Positions 42,807 through 56,799 of a stretch of 64,000 bases of DNA are shown here, one piece after another. The notes below the pieces were generated by a model, which saw only the letters and a list, made by a program, of their open reading frames with translations, had not been told where the DNA came from and made no database searches. Positions within the stretch are counted from its first letter, which is position 1. Each line of letters starts with the position of its first letter. This DNA is from the human T2T-CHM13v2.0 reference genome, Homo sapiens. The DNA lies in NCBI RefSeq assembly GCF_009914755.1, contig NC_060947.1; one strand, given 5' to 3'. Position numbers and translations under genes: made by a program.

Positions 42807-45171
42807 CTTACCAACATTTTCTATTTACATAAGGTCAGAGGTTAAAATGAAAACACACATTGTTTGCTTTGGAAGGCTACTTTTGGTTAGGAAGAGGATA
42901 GCAGAGAAAAACAAGCAATACTTGCATCATCATATCAGTAATAATAATAGCTAATATTTATTGAGTTCTTAACATGTGCCAGTCCTTGGTTTAAGCCCTT
43001 TCAGTTTATCCTCTCCTTACACATCAGCAAGGTGGTAGCTTCAAGTCACAGAAAAAATATAATACTGGCTGAGTAGGAAAAGACCAACATAATATGTGAA
43101 AATCTTCAACATGAACATATGACTAAGACACATTTATTTTTTCCAGTATTTTATTATGAAAAATCTCAAGCATACAGAAAATTTGAAAGAATCATACAAT
43201 TAACACTCATATATGCACCACCTAGATCCTACAAATCATATTTGCATCTTTGCTTGATCAAATTTCTATACATTCAGGAATCCATCGATCCATCTTATTT
43301 TTAATCCATTTTTAAAGTAAGTTCAAGCACCTGATTTTGTCACTATAACCGTACAGGAAAAAAAAGGAAGCCCTGTTTAGAGAGAATCTTAGAAAACTAA
43401 TGTTTTTATCATACCACAAATGGGCACTTATTTTTAATAGTCTATTTAATAGATTCTAGGTTCTAACAGACTCTATTAGATACCAGTTAATGTCTAAATC
43501 TATATCTTGCCTCCAAAATGCAGTTATGATGATTTAATGAGGAAAAGATATACAACACTTAGTACTGTACTCTGCCTAGAGTAAGCCGGTGTTCAATAAA
43601 GTATGGCCAAAATAATGATGCTACTGAGAAAAGCAAAAGCAACCAATCCATTGGCTTATACTGCATAGAATCAGTTATTATACTGGAGGGCTTAGAACAA
43701 GGCAGAATAAGAAAATCCTTAAAAGAGAGAGAAGAGAGTATTCATCCAATATTTTATATCTGTATCCAGAAATTTTTGAAAAATTTTAGGCTATTAAAAT
43801 TAATCAACTAAAAAAAGATGAAAATACAGATCAGAAGCTATTTAGAATAAAGAGAGATGAAGTCACCAGGGAATGCAGAAATATTATCACATGAACATGT
43901 TTACCTAATTCTCTCTATAATGTGTTTTTTGTAAACAGTACTTTTCTCGAGTCCTTAAGGACATCAACTAAAAGTTATACATGAGCTTAAATTGCAAAGA
44001 AACAATTATTTACCACAAATATTTTAGCACCTCAGATAAACAGGTAATAAGTATAACCTTCTCTTGTGAAAATTGAGGCATTTAATAAATTTCTTATTCC
44101 AAAATTTACCACATCCTCACACAGAAAAAAATGTCACAAATATGATTATAAGCAAGGTCAACCATATCCTTAAAAGCAAATTTGGATTTCTACTGATGTA
44201 GGTGTAATCAGCCATGACACCACAGCACAAGCCAGAAAGAAAAAACAAGAGTCATTTTAGCCTGAATAACTTTAAAAAGCAAGTGAAAGAGTTCACTCAG
44301 TTGAAAATAAAATAACAGAGAATCAAAAATATGTGATTTTGGTATTGGAGGAAAGAAAAGGAAAGAATATTGCCTTAAGGTGGGTTTACCAGAATGAATT
44401 GGCTGCAAAATACCCCTAAACACTTGAATGGTGGAATTATTTATAATCTTCATTTTGATGCTTAAGAATGCTAGCCCAATGCATTGGTTTTAAAATAAGA
44501 TTAGCTATTGTCAAGATATTATTTTGCAATTTATTTTGGTAAAAGTATACTGAAAGAAATCTGCTCTAAGGGTCATTACTGGTTAGGGATTTTAAGAGTC
44601 AATCCAATAAATAGGCTATTGGGAATCATTAGGTATCCTATTAACAGACCTGAGGTTTGTACTTAGTATATGGAGTCACGGATCAGTGTTTTTTATACTT
44701 TTGTCTTTCTTTAGGGCATGAATGATAAAAGAAATCATTTATGTGTAAGAAAGGCTAATCATAACTGTATACACAATATTAATTTGTATTTTTTCTTGTT
44801 AAACAGATTCCAAATAAACAGAATGAAATGCCCTTTGAAATGGAATGTTATCAAACTTGTCCCTAATACTCTTAAACATGTATTTATATTAATTCTAAAT
44901 ATAAGAAGGTTATGACCTATTTCCAAATTTGCCTATCTTTTATTAAGATGTACTTCTGTCCTGATAAACATTTTAAGATACCCATCCAGATAAACACCTA
45001 TAAACCTGACAGAGTTCCTGATCCAAGTGGTTTTATATTTTGAAAAGATAACAGGGTTAGGTAGTTTTTGCTTCTATACTTAAATACATTCAAAAGATTG
45101 TCTTTAAAAATATTTATTCTATTAGGCAATAGAAGAAAAAAGATTTATTCACAGATATTGATATTGTGTGT

Positions 45172-47446
45172 TGATATGGTTTGGCTATGTCCACACCCAA
45201 ATCTCATCTTGAATTCCCATGTGTTGTGGGAGGGACTGAGTGAGATGTGATTAAATCATGGGGGCGGGTCTTTCCTGTGGTGTTCTCAGGATAGTGAATA
45301 AGTCTCATGAGATCTGACTGTTTTGAAAATGGGAGTTTCCCTGCACAAGCTCTCTTTTTTGCCTGCTGCAATTCCTGTAAGATGTGACTTGCTCCTCTGT
45401 GCCTTCTGTCATGATTGTGAGGCCTCCCTAGCCATATGGAACTGTGAGTCCAATTGAACCTCTTTATTTTGTAAATTGCCCAATTTCAGGTATATCTTTA
45501 TCAGTAGCATGAGAATGGACTAATAAAGTAAATTGGTACCAGTAGAGTGGGGCACTGCTGAAAAGATGCCCGAAAATGTGGAAGTGACTTTGGAACTGGG
45601 TAACAGGTAGAGGTTGGAACAGTTTGGAGGGCTCAAAAGAATACAGGAAAATGTGGGAAATTTTGGAACTCCCTAGAGATTTGTTGAATGGCTTTGACCA
45701 AAATGCTGATAATGATATGGACAATGAAATACAGGCTGAGGTGGTCTCAGATCGAGATGAGGAACTTGTTGGGAACTGGAGCAGAGGAGGCTCTTGCTGT
45801 GTTTTAGCAAAGAGACTGGCAGCATTTTGTTCCTGTCCTAGAGATTTGTGGAACTTTGAGCTTGAGAGAGATGATTTAGGGTATCCAGCAGAAGAAATTT
45901 CTAAGCAGCAAAGCATTCAAGAGGTGACTTGGGCACTGTTAAAAGCATCCAGTTTTAAAAGGGAAACAGTATATAAAAGTTTGAAAAATTGCTGCCTGAC
46001 AATATGATAGAAAAGAAAATCCCATTTTCTGAGGAGAAATTCAAGGTGGCTGCAGAAATTTGCGTAAGTAATGAGGAGCCGAACATTATTCACCAAGACA
46101 ATGAAGAAAATGTCTCCAAGGCATGTCAGAGACCTTTGCAGCAGACCCGCCCATCACAGGCCTAGAGGTTTAGGAGGAAAAAATGGTTTTGTGGGCTAGG
46201 CCCAGGGTCCCTCTGCTGTGTGCAGTCTAGGGACTTGGTGCCCTGCATCCCAGCCGCAACAGCCATGACTAAAAGGGGCCAAGATACAGATTGGGCTGTT
46301 GCTTCAGAGGGTGGAATCCCCAAGCCTTGGCAGCTTCCACATGGTGTTGAGCCTGCAGGTGCACAGAAGTCAAGAATTGAAGTTTGGGAACCTCCACCTA
46401 GATTTCAGAAGATGTATGGAAATGCCTGGATGCCCAGGCAGAAGTTTGCTGCCAGGGTGGGGCCCTCATGGAGAATGTCGAGTAGGGCAGTACAGTAGGG
46501 AAACATGGGGTTGGAGCCCCCACACAGAATCCTTACTGGGGCACCACCTAGTGGAGCTGTGAGAAAAGGGCCACCGTCCTCCAGACCCCAGAATGGTAGA
46601 TCCATCGACAGCTTGCAAGGCGCACCTGGAAAAGCTGCAGACAATGCCAGCCTGTGAAAGCAGCCAGGAGTGGGGCTACACCCTGCAAAGCCACAGAGGC
46701 AGAGCTGCCCAAGACCATGGGAACCCACCTCTTGCATTGGCGTGACCTGGATGTGAGATGCAGAGTCAAAGGACATCATTTTGGAGCTTTAAGATGTCAC
46801 TGCTCTGCTGGATTTTGGATTTGCATGTGCCCTGTAGCCCCCTTTGTTTTGGCCAATTTCTCCCATTTGGAACAGCTGTATCTACCCAATGCCTGTAACC
46901 CCACTATAACTAGGACGTAACTAACTTGTTTTTGATTTTACAGGCTCATAGGTGGAAGGGACGTGCCTTGCCTTGGATGAGACTTTGGACTGTGGACTTT
47001 TGAGTTAATGCTGAAATGAGTTAAGACTTTGGGGGACTGTTGGGAAGGCATGATTGGTTTTGAAATGTGAGGACATGAGATTTGGGAGGGGCTGGATTGG
47101 AATGACATGGTTTGGTTGTGTCCTCACCCAAACCTCATCTCGAATTCCCACGTGTTGTGGAAGGGACCCCGTGGGAGGTGATTGACTCATGGGGCAGGTC
47201 TTTCCTGTGCTGTTCTTGTGACAGTGAATAAGTCTCACGAGATCTGATGGTTTTAAAAATGGGAGTTTCCATGCACAGGCTCTCTTTTTTTGCTTGCTGC
47301 CATCCGTGTAAGATGTGACTTGCTTCTCCTTGCCTTCTGCCATGATTGTGAGGCCTCCTCAGCTACGTGGAACTGTGAGTCCAATTAAACTTCTTTCTTT
47401 TGTAAATTGACCAGTTTTGGGTATGTCTTGAAAATGGACTAATACA
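45172..47446 (+). mobile_element. Full-length THE1 (THE1A/B) MaLR provirus: 5' LTR 45172-45527, internal 45528-47102, 3' LTR 47103-47446
   Basis: Both LTRs read tga(t/c)atggtttgg...ggactaata(a/c)a. Internal starts gtaaattggtaccagtagagtgggg. 5-bp TSD tgtgt / cgtgt. Confidence 0.96.
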
Positions 47447-49134
47447 CGTGTTTTGATCAATGATATCCTACCATTATATGTATCTTATCAAATAATAAAT
47501 CTGATCTGAAATATAGTGAAAATGAAATAAAATGAAAATATATAAGAAACCAATAAAATTTAATCTTTCCCTCTTTTTGACATTTGGCCTCTGTTATGTA
47601 TTTTTTTTCAGACAAAAGAAGAAAATTCACAGTATTCCAAAGATTCTATTGAGAACATCATCTGGTATAAACTCAAATGTGGAGAATGTTTCCAGAAATT
47701 TCCCAGATGATTTGAATAAGGATGAAAGTTTCTCTAACTATATTTAAAACAGGGAGCAAAAACAGGGAGAAGGGGAACATCATGCAACATGAGAAACCTA
47801 ATCTAATTTAACTAGGCCAAGTATAAGAATAATAATGGATTTTAACTACATTATAAATGAAAATAAAAGTTATGATTTTACCAAATCATCTATCAGAATT
47901 GAGTAGATACACTAAGAGACCTAAGGACCAGGGAGTACTTTATCACACTATGGGAAAGAGTTTGAAAAGTTTCTCACAATTAATAATAATAAGAGTCTAG
48001 ATTAGTAAGTCAAGTGTTAGGGGAATTTGCCAGGAAGAAGCAGGCAGAAAGATAAGCAAGCATTCAGCCTGCCTATGTATTCAGTCAGCAATGTCCACTG
48101 GAGGACAGCCAGTATGTGTTCTGGCAGGAAAATGGTGTTAGGGAAATCTGTTCATTGGGAATCAATAGAATTACTAAAAGGCAATGCTGAACATGATGGA
48201 GGCTTGGCTTAAGGTAGTATCAAGGCAGTTAAATGGACTAAGTACTAAAATGTCTGCTCAGAGATGGGGAAACAGCAAGGATCTAGTGAATTAACTAGAG
48301 TATGAAGGAATGGCTTTTGCCAAGCATATAGTCAAGAGCCAGATACCAGAAAAAAGAGCAGAATCAGCATCAAAGGTGACTTGAAGCTGATCAACAGAAC
48401 TATTAACTAAGACAGTTACAAAGCCTCCATGAGAAACAAGATTATTCAGGAGGGTGATATTGGTTGGATCCTGAACCTTCTAATTAATTGGCCCCCAAAC
48501 AGGGACCTTGATAGATGAACGATCAAGGAGCCAGCCAATGTATTACAATCATCTGAAAAATTAAGGTGAAACGTGATGATTCTTAGAATATGATTGTACT
48601 GTAAGCCAATATGCCCATATGTATTGAAAACAATTGTGTCATTAAGTATACTGAACACAATAGTATTTTCCTACTGAATTCCCTGAAGAGTTTTCCTGCT
48701 GCATAATAACAAATTTTTCTATTATTTGGCACCTAACAGTCTGTTTCAGCCAAAGTTCTTTTTTTAAGGCAATAGACACTGACTCTAAGTAACTTAAGCC
48801 AAATGTAAATTTATTGGAAGAATAGCTGTAGTTAATAGAGTAAAAAGGAAGGCTTAAGAACCAAGCTCAGGAGATGAGTAGAAAATAAAGGAGTCATGGG
48901 TAATACAGACATAACCAATATCACGCTACAGAAACAACCAGGATATGGTATTGGTTTGGTATCATTTTGGTGGACTTAAATGCTGCCAGCATGTCATTGC
49001 AGGCCTGACTAAATTCTCAACTATCCTTCCATCGCCACGTTTTTAGATTAAAATCCTGAAGTGGGGCATGTGATGAGCTGAACCTAAAACACAGGCTTAC
49101 ATTTGAATTTACAGAAGATGGTAAGAGGAAATAT

Positions 49135-50150
49135 TCCTCCCACCCACCCTCAGCCTAGATAACCATTGTTCAGCTCTCTGTCATTGTAGATTGGTTTTGT
49201 ATTTTCTAGAATTTTATATAAATGGAATCTTAGCATATGTATTCTTTTTTTATCTGGCTCCTTTTGCACAGCATGATGTTTTTGAAATTTTTTCCATGAT
49301 ATTCTATGTATTAATAACTTGTTCTCTTTTATTGCTAAATAGGATTCCATACATATACTAAGATTTGTTTATCTATTCACCTATTGATGGGCTGTGGGTT
49401 GTTCCCAGATATTTGCTATGAGTAAATATGGATAACTATCTATGCATATACATAAATATGGATAAAGCTGCTATAAACATTCATATACAGTCATGTGCTG
49501 CATAACAATGTTTTGGTCAATGATGGACTGCATACACAACAGTGGTCCCATAATATAATAATGCCATATTTTTACTGTACCCTTTCCATGTTTAGCTATG
49601 TTTGGATACACTAATACTTACCAATGTGTTACAATTGCCTATAATATTCAGTACAGTGACATGCTGTACAGGTTTGTAGCCTAGAAGCAATAGGTTATAC
49701 CACATAGCCTATGTGTGTAGTAGGCTGTTCAATCAAGATTTGTGATGTCTGGACAACAAAATCACCCAAGGACCCCTTTCTCAGAACATATCCCATTTGT
49801 TAAGTAATAAATAACTGTACAAATATTTGTGTGGACATGTCTTCATTCTTGGAGAAGAGCAACTGCTGTATTATATGGTAAGAATATTTTTGACTTTGTA
49901 AGAAATTACCAAGTTACTTTCCAAGATAGTTTTACCATTTGCATTCCTACCAGAAATGTAGGAGTGTTTCACATACTAAGATTGGGTATATCTAGCTTTT
50001 TAATTAACTTCTCCATTAGGTGTGCAGTAATATTTTATTATGATTTTAATTTGAATTTTGCTGATGACTAATAATGCTGATTGTCTTTTCATGTGTTTTT
50101 TGGCCCATTTGTGTATCTTCCTTCTTTGGTAAATTGTCTGCTCAATCTGC
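49135..50150 (-). mobile_element. L1MB/ME 3' fragment, interrupted by a Tigger3 element
   Basis: ttttctagaattttatataaatggaatc, ataaagctgctataaacattcat, taatttgaattttgctgatgactaataatgctga. Confidence 0.75.
49488..49817. mobile_element. Tigger3a/MER7-type TcMar DNA transposon
   Basis: Terminal inverted repeats cagtcatgtgctgcataac ... gttaagtaataaataactg flanked by TA. Internal catgctgtacaggtttgtagcctag. Confidence 0.88.
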
Positions 50151-50151
50151 T

Positions 50152-50721
50152 TGTAACAGATTGCATTTTCTAAAAACAGCCATAAAAATATCTACTGTCC
50201 CACATGCTTTTCTTACAATGTGATTTTAACACACTGACCATCAAGAGACAGCGGTCTATGTTTCATTTCCTTAAATTTGGGCAGTCTTGTAACTTCTGAG
50301 GATAGGTCATTAAGTGTCATAAAAGGTGGTATCGCTTCACCTAGTTCTCTTGGGATGGATGTTTGCTCTTGGAATTCAGCCACGATGCAGTGAGGAAACA
50401 CAAGCAGCCACGTGGAGAAGCCACATATAGGTGTTTTGGCCAAAAGCCCCTTCTAAGGTCCCAGACAAAAGTCAGCATTAACTACCAGACGTGTGAATGA
50501 ATAAACTTTTAAATGATTTCAGCCTCTATTGCAGATTCAGATTCAGCCTCTGCCTTCATCCTGCAAGCTGAGGCCTCAGACATTATGGAACAGAGACATG
50601 CTTACCCTAATGTGCCCGGCTAAAATTCCTGAATGCCAGAATTCATGAGCATAATAAAAGAGTTGTTCATTTATACCATTAGGTTTAGGTGGTTTTCTAG
50701 GTAGAATATATAAGTAAAACA
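50152..50721 (+). mobile_element. MLT1 (G/H-type) solo LTR
   Basis: tgtaacagattgcattttctaaaaacagcc...cagccacgtggagaagccacat...ccagaattcatgagcataataaaa. Confidence 0.78.
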
Positions 50722-50773
50722 CAAGTTTTGAGATGCAATCAAGTATTTAAAGATTCCTTGAACAGAAATAACA

Positions 50774-51991
50774 TTTTCTTTCTTTAACTTTTAAGTTCAG
50801 GGGTACATGTGCAGGTTTGTTATATAGGTAAACTTGTATCATGGGGGTTTGTTGTGCAGATTATTTCATCACTAAGGTATTAAGACTAGTACCCATTAGT
50901 TATTTTTTTCCTGATCCCCTCCCTCTTCCTATCCTCCGCCTTCTGATAGGCCCCAATGTGTGTTGTTCCTCTCTATGTGTCCCTGTGTTCTCATGATTTA
51001 GCTCATCATTACTCATCATTCTCATCATTAAGCGAGAATATGTGGTATTTGGTTTTCTGTCCCTGTATTAGTTTACTAAGGATAGACAATGGCCTCCAGC
51101 TCCATCTATGTTCCTATAGAGGACATCACCTCATTCTTTCTTATGGCTATATAGTATTCCATGGTGTATATGTACCATATTTTCTTTATCCAGTATACCA
51201 CTGATGGGCATTTAGGTTGATTCAATGTCTCCACTATTGTGAATAATGCTGCAATGAACATATGTGTGCATGTATCTTTTTAACCACATGATTTATATTC
51301 CTTTAGGTATATACCCAGTAATGGGATTGCTGGGTCAAATGGCAGTTCTGCCTTTAGGTCTTGCAGGAATCCCCACACTCTTCCACAATGGTTGAACTAA
51401 TTTACATTCCCACCAACAGTGTAAAAGCATTCTTTTTTCTGCACAAAGTTGCCAGCATCCATTGTTTTTTGATTTTTTAATAATATCCATTCTGACTAAT
51501 ATGAGATGGCATCTCATTGGGGTTTTGACTTTTATTTCTTTAATGATCAGTAATGTTGAGCTTTTTTTCATATGATTGTTGGCCACATGTATGTCTTCTT
51601 TTGAAGAGTGTTTCATGTTCTTTGCACACTTTTTAATGGGGTTGTTTGTTTTTCTTATAAATTTGTTTAAGTTCCTTACAGATGCTGGATATTAGACCTT
51701 TGTCAGATGCATAATTTGCAAAATTTTTCTCCCATTCTGTAGGTTGTCTGTTTACTCTGTTGTTTCTTTTGTTGTGCAGAAGCTCTTTAGTTTAATTAGA
51801 TCCCATTTGTCAATTTTTGCTTTTGTTGCAATTGTTTTTGGTGTCTTCATCATGAAATCTTTGTCCATTCCTATGTCCAGAATGATATTCCTTAGGTTGT
51901 CTTCCAGGGTTTTTATAGTTTTTGGTTTTACATTTAAGTCTTTAATAAATCTTGAGTTGCTTTTTGTATATAGTGTAAGGAAACGGTCTAG
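50774..51991 (-). mobile_element. L1PA11-13-like 3' portion
   Basis: ttttaagttcaggggtacatgtgcaggtttgttatataggtaaac, gcagattatttcatcac, gtgcagaagctctttagtttaattagatccc. Confidence 0.9.
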
Positions 51992-54900
51992 AGAAACAAA
52001 ACTTCAATTCATCTTTCTCTGCTTGCAAAGGTAATTTTTTGTTTCATAGTATGTGAGTACAATTAAGTTTGTAAGAATCTGAAACTTTCTTCCAAGCTTG
52101 ACCATGCATGTGTGTATATATATGTATATATGAACATATGTATATGTACATATATACTTGTGTGTGTATAAAATTTAATATTGAATTCTCACTTAAAGTG
52201 TTACTAGGCCATTATTCTGTCACTATCATTTCTTTTGTCAACTTTCAGGAGGCTAATAAAGTTCAGGTAAACAGCTATTATGAGGTGATGAAACTAATGA
52301 ATGTCACTGGAACTTATTGAGTTCTCATAAACTTTTCACAGCTGTGAATAAGATTTTCCTATTGTCAGATTTGCAGGTGTGCAAGGACAAAACAAGAAAA
52401 CGAAACTGAACAAATGAGAAACATGCTGAATTTTATTTTTATTAACTCAGAAATATGCCAAGGTAATGACAGTCCAAAATCACTATTCATCTAGCCAGGT
52501 TAGCACACAACCATAATTATATCAATAATTCAAGGTTGCAAATGTGCTCGTATTCAAATGATTCAGGAAAATTAGACGTAGAAGATGCATATTTGGATAT
52601 ATTTAGATTGGTTTAAAAGATCTTGATAAATGTAGATGAATTGATATGAGTTCAGTTAGTCAGCATCTCTAAATTTGTTGATAGATATATGACCTAGTCT
52701 TGTATTTTTCCACTAAAATTTTGATTAAAATCAGACCAATATATAGTGGATACCTTTTGTATGTATGCACAAGGTGCAGTGTTGGAGATAAAGAGATAAG
52801 GCAAACTTGCATTCTTTAAGAATCTCAAAATAGAGAAATAATGTTTTTCTTTTGTCCGAATTTTATTTGCAAAGAAGTTTACTATGCTTCTCACAATGGA
52901 AATTTTTTTGCAATGTCAGTTTATGTGATGCACAGTAAAATGATAATGTTACAAATGTATAAATTAATTTATTTTGCAATAACTTGGTTAAATGTGGGAC
53001 ACGTTGTCCATTTCAGAACTTCATATCTCAACTGTTAGGTAATAAGACACTGTGCTTATCCAGCTATATATTCATCCCCTTTTTTCACTAATACATCAAC
53101 TGCAACTCTCTTTAGTGATATAATACTTTTAATCTTCTCTTCAATGAAATTAGTAAATAAAAAACCAGATAAAATATAAAAAAGATATACAACATGTAAA
53201 ACTGAAACTGAAATTTGAATTCATATGCAACATTTGAAATAGGGAAATAGTTTTAACTCAGAGATGAAGAAGCAAAAAATGTCTCTTCATGTACCAAAAT
53301 ACATGTATAATTGAGAATATTGCAATAATTTCTAATGGCTTCTATGTGTTCATTTAGTTTCTTCATTAATGAAAGTGTACATGCTTACATAGCTCCTCTA
53401 TTTTATTTTTATAAGACTTAATAGCACTTTACCCAAAAGGCAAACTAGTCATGATGTTTAGAGCAGCAGAAAAACATAGACACCAATTTCAGTTAGTGTT
53501 TTGTTAAGAATTTTCAATGGAACATCAAGTGTGTCATGAAAGGACAAAGCAAAACTGTTATTTTTTATGGCTTATTGTGTTTTAAAATTATTATTACATA
53601 CTAAAGGTGTGCCATAAACTTTTTAGAATATGAGACTTCTAATTATGTTAATCTGATCAAGACGGAACTTTATGAATATCACAATTTCATGGAACTTTTC
53701 TCCTAATTCTTGTACTAATGGCATTATGATATTTTTAGATTCTGTCTTAGACCTGTTGGGAAAGGAAAGGTGATAAAAAATTGTGATATTTTATAATCTA
53801 ATTCTGAAGATAAAAATAAAATTCTTAGCATTGTGATTGTTCTCAGTCACCTGGTTTCTCCTCTAAATCATGTTTCTTCAGGTTTTACTTTGAGTTGCAT
53901 AGCTGGCAAATTGGAAGAGATCTATTTCAATCTTTCCATTATCCTCATTCTGGCAATTGATGTATTGTAAAATATCTGATTTTTTTAGATAGTCATTTAA
54001 GCTTTATTATATGTGTTCCATTTAGTTGTTTCTCAGCACCTAAATATCAACTGCTATGCTCAGAAATAAGAACAAATTTGGAGACTAGTTACTGGTCAAG
54101 TGACGTTGGTGAATGGGGGCTTAGGAGCCCAGATATAAATTGTCAACATCTTATAAAAGGGCAAAATAAATTTTATAAATGAAAACCAATACATTGAACT
54201 TCATAGACCAAAGGCTTCTTCCACCTGGGCTATGGAAATGTTCCTTCACATAATATATTTGATTCTTTTAATATAAAGCATCCAGGCAGGATTTTCTATA
54301 CTTCAAATTTTGATGGTTTTTATTAACTCTATGGATAAGGTCCAGGTTGTTTGGATCAAAAGGGTTATTTATCTTATTTTTTAAAATCCTATTCCTCTAT
54401 TCTTCCCTAAGCATGGGCCTATTAGTTTAATATGCAAACACTCCCTTTAAATACATATTCATAATTTGTTCTTGAAATGCAACACTGATAGTCTGTAGAC
54501 AATGTTTCTTCATTTACCACAATATGAGGGGAAAAACTTACAAAACTTATGTTGTTTTTATTTAATTTTTAAATTTTTAAAATTAAATAAGTGACTCGTA
54601 TATATCTTGTAAAAATTAAAACTTTACATATAAAAAAGTCCCTCTTGTCTCACTAAAATTCCAATCCTCTCCCTAAAGTATCTATGTTATCACTTTGGTA
54701 TTTATGACTCCAGATCTCTTCCTAGGGATTTAAATACATTTGTTAAAATAGCTGTAAGACAAGTCAGCTTTTAGAATATTTTGTAGGTAAACTAAATAAC
54801 AGTGTGCTTCCATCTGCAATTTTCCTGCTTAATTTGCATTGAAGTTCTTTTCATTCTGTAGTATGAAATGTATCTAATTTATGTACAAAGGTACAACAAT

Positions 54901-55235
54901 ACAAAATATGTAAATGCAAGTGTTTAGCCACATCTATGCTAGTTGTCATTTCAATAGTTCACTATTTTAAGCTTTTGGAAAAAATGCTGTAAGAAGGATT
55001 ATTGCACATGCCTATTGGTGTACTTGTGCAAAAATTTCTTTAAGATAATATTAGGTGCCAAGTACTGTGTTTAGTGAGAAAGGTGTTATTATTACATTTG
55101 CATTGTACATAAGGCAAACAGTGACTTGCCTAAGTTCACACAACTAGTGAGTTCCAGATCTGGGATTTCCACACATCCTACCTACCTAGCACAAGGGCCA
55201 ATATTCTTAACAACTTCTATCTACTCCTTGCTTTG

Positions 55236-55414
55236 TAAAAAATTAATATTTAAAAATCGAAAAAAATGTATACATATGGTGTACAAGATGCTGTTTTGAT
55301 ATATGTATACATTAGGGAATTGTTAAACTAATTAACGTACCCTTTACCTTACATACTAGCCATTTTTTGGTATGTGTGGTGAGAACATTTATAATTTACT
55401 CTCTTAGCAATTTT
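55236..55414 (-). mobile_element. Short L1MA 3'-terminal insertion
   Basis: gtggtgagaacatttataatttactctcttagcaattt. Perfect 14-bp direct repeat tactccttgctttg at 55222-55235 and 55415-55428. Confidence 0.82.
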
Positions 55415-55597
55415 TACTCCTTGCTTTGAAACGACAGAACTACTGGATCAAACTGTGCCCACACTTAAGTCTCAACATATACTGTCCATTTGCCTCCAGA
55501 AAAGCAATAGTAATTCACATTCTCACTAAGAGCGCCATTTGTATTGTTATTTCCCTAGCATATCCTTCCAAGGAAAGAAGCTGGCTTTAAGAAAAAC

Positions 55598-55668
55598 AGT
55601 AATGAAGAATGAAGAATGAAGAAAGGAAGAATGAAGTAATGAAGACACAGTAATGAAGTAATGAAGAA
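55598..55668. repeat. (AATGAAG)n-like short tandem repeat
   Basis: gtaatgaagaatgaagaatgaagaaaggaagaatgaagtaatgaag. Confidence 0.8.
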
Positions 55669-56799
55669 TTCAATATATCTTTAGTTATTGATGATATATT
55701 CATCAGCATATATATCTTTAGTTACTGATGATTATTAGAACCTGCATGTTAATGCTCCTGTGAGAAAGGCTTAGTGGGTATTGTCTCTGGAGGAACCTAA
55801 CAGTGTCCTGTAAAGTGAAACAGGAATGTGTTCCATTCTTACCTACTCCACATTTCTTTACTGTGCTTTTAAGATTTTATAAAACTTTTTAATAAGCTAC
55901 CTTTGTACCACTGTACTTTATTTATCCTGCTGCTGGTATAGGAAATGGGAGAGTGAGAACTCTCTCATAGACTGAAAAGATGGTATTGTCATATATGTGT
56001 ATTTTCTGTTGTCAAATACATGTAAGTGGCTGTAACAGAAAACTGGACCCACTCTCTAATTACCATCAGAAAAAATGACTTCTGATTAACTGTTCCTTAA
56101 CCAAAATTAACATTCCTATTAGATGCCTTCCATCAATTAACTAGCCCAGACAGCTTGTCTATAAAAAACTGAGCAATTTAGTTACCTAGTAATATACATT
56201 GCTCAAGGTTAAAAGATATTTGGGAGTTAGGCATTTTTAATGGCTAAGTTTGGTGTTTTGTTATTTGAAAATAAATTATCTATACTTCTGCTATAAATAA
56301 AATTTAAGTTGAAAACTGAAAACAAAAATGTTGTCTAACAGTAATGATTATTTTCCTATGTTTTGATTTTCTGAATCACTTTGTATAAGACAGAAGTTAC
56401 GTTTCTTTGGATAACAACTAAAATAAAACTATATAATCCTAGCACTGTTTTGAATGATTCATTTTGATTCATTCACTTTTAATTGTATTTTATTTATATT
56501 TTGAGTTTTGCTAAGTCAAATCTCATAAACTATACTTTTATATAAATTTATATACACGTTTTCATTTTTAACTTTTTTTTTCAAATGTATTGGCATAAAG
56601 TTATTGATGGTATACTTGATATTTTAAAAGTTGATTGTATCTCAGATTATGAACTCTTCTCTAGATTGAGCCATTCATTGTTAGCAGGATTTTTCCTTCC
56701 AGGGCCATCTGGCATCTCAGGGTAGAGAAGAGGAGTTTCCAAGTGTCTGGGCTTCATTCAGCTTCAGTCCCACTATCTTTATCCTCTCCTTTTGGGACT

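Noticed and set aside
45464-47343. ORFs up to 150 aa, e.g. MWEILELPRDLLNGFDQNAD
   Set aside because: Fragmented THE1-internal MaLR ORF remnants and antisense frames.
47612-47747. Plus-strand exon candidate after ttttttttcag
   Set aside because: No convincing donor site, and the distal part resembles a decayed MER5-type end.
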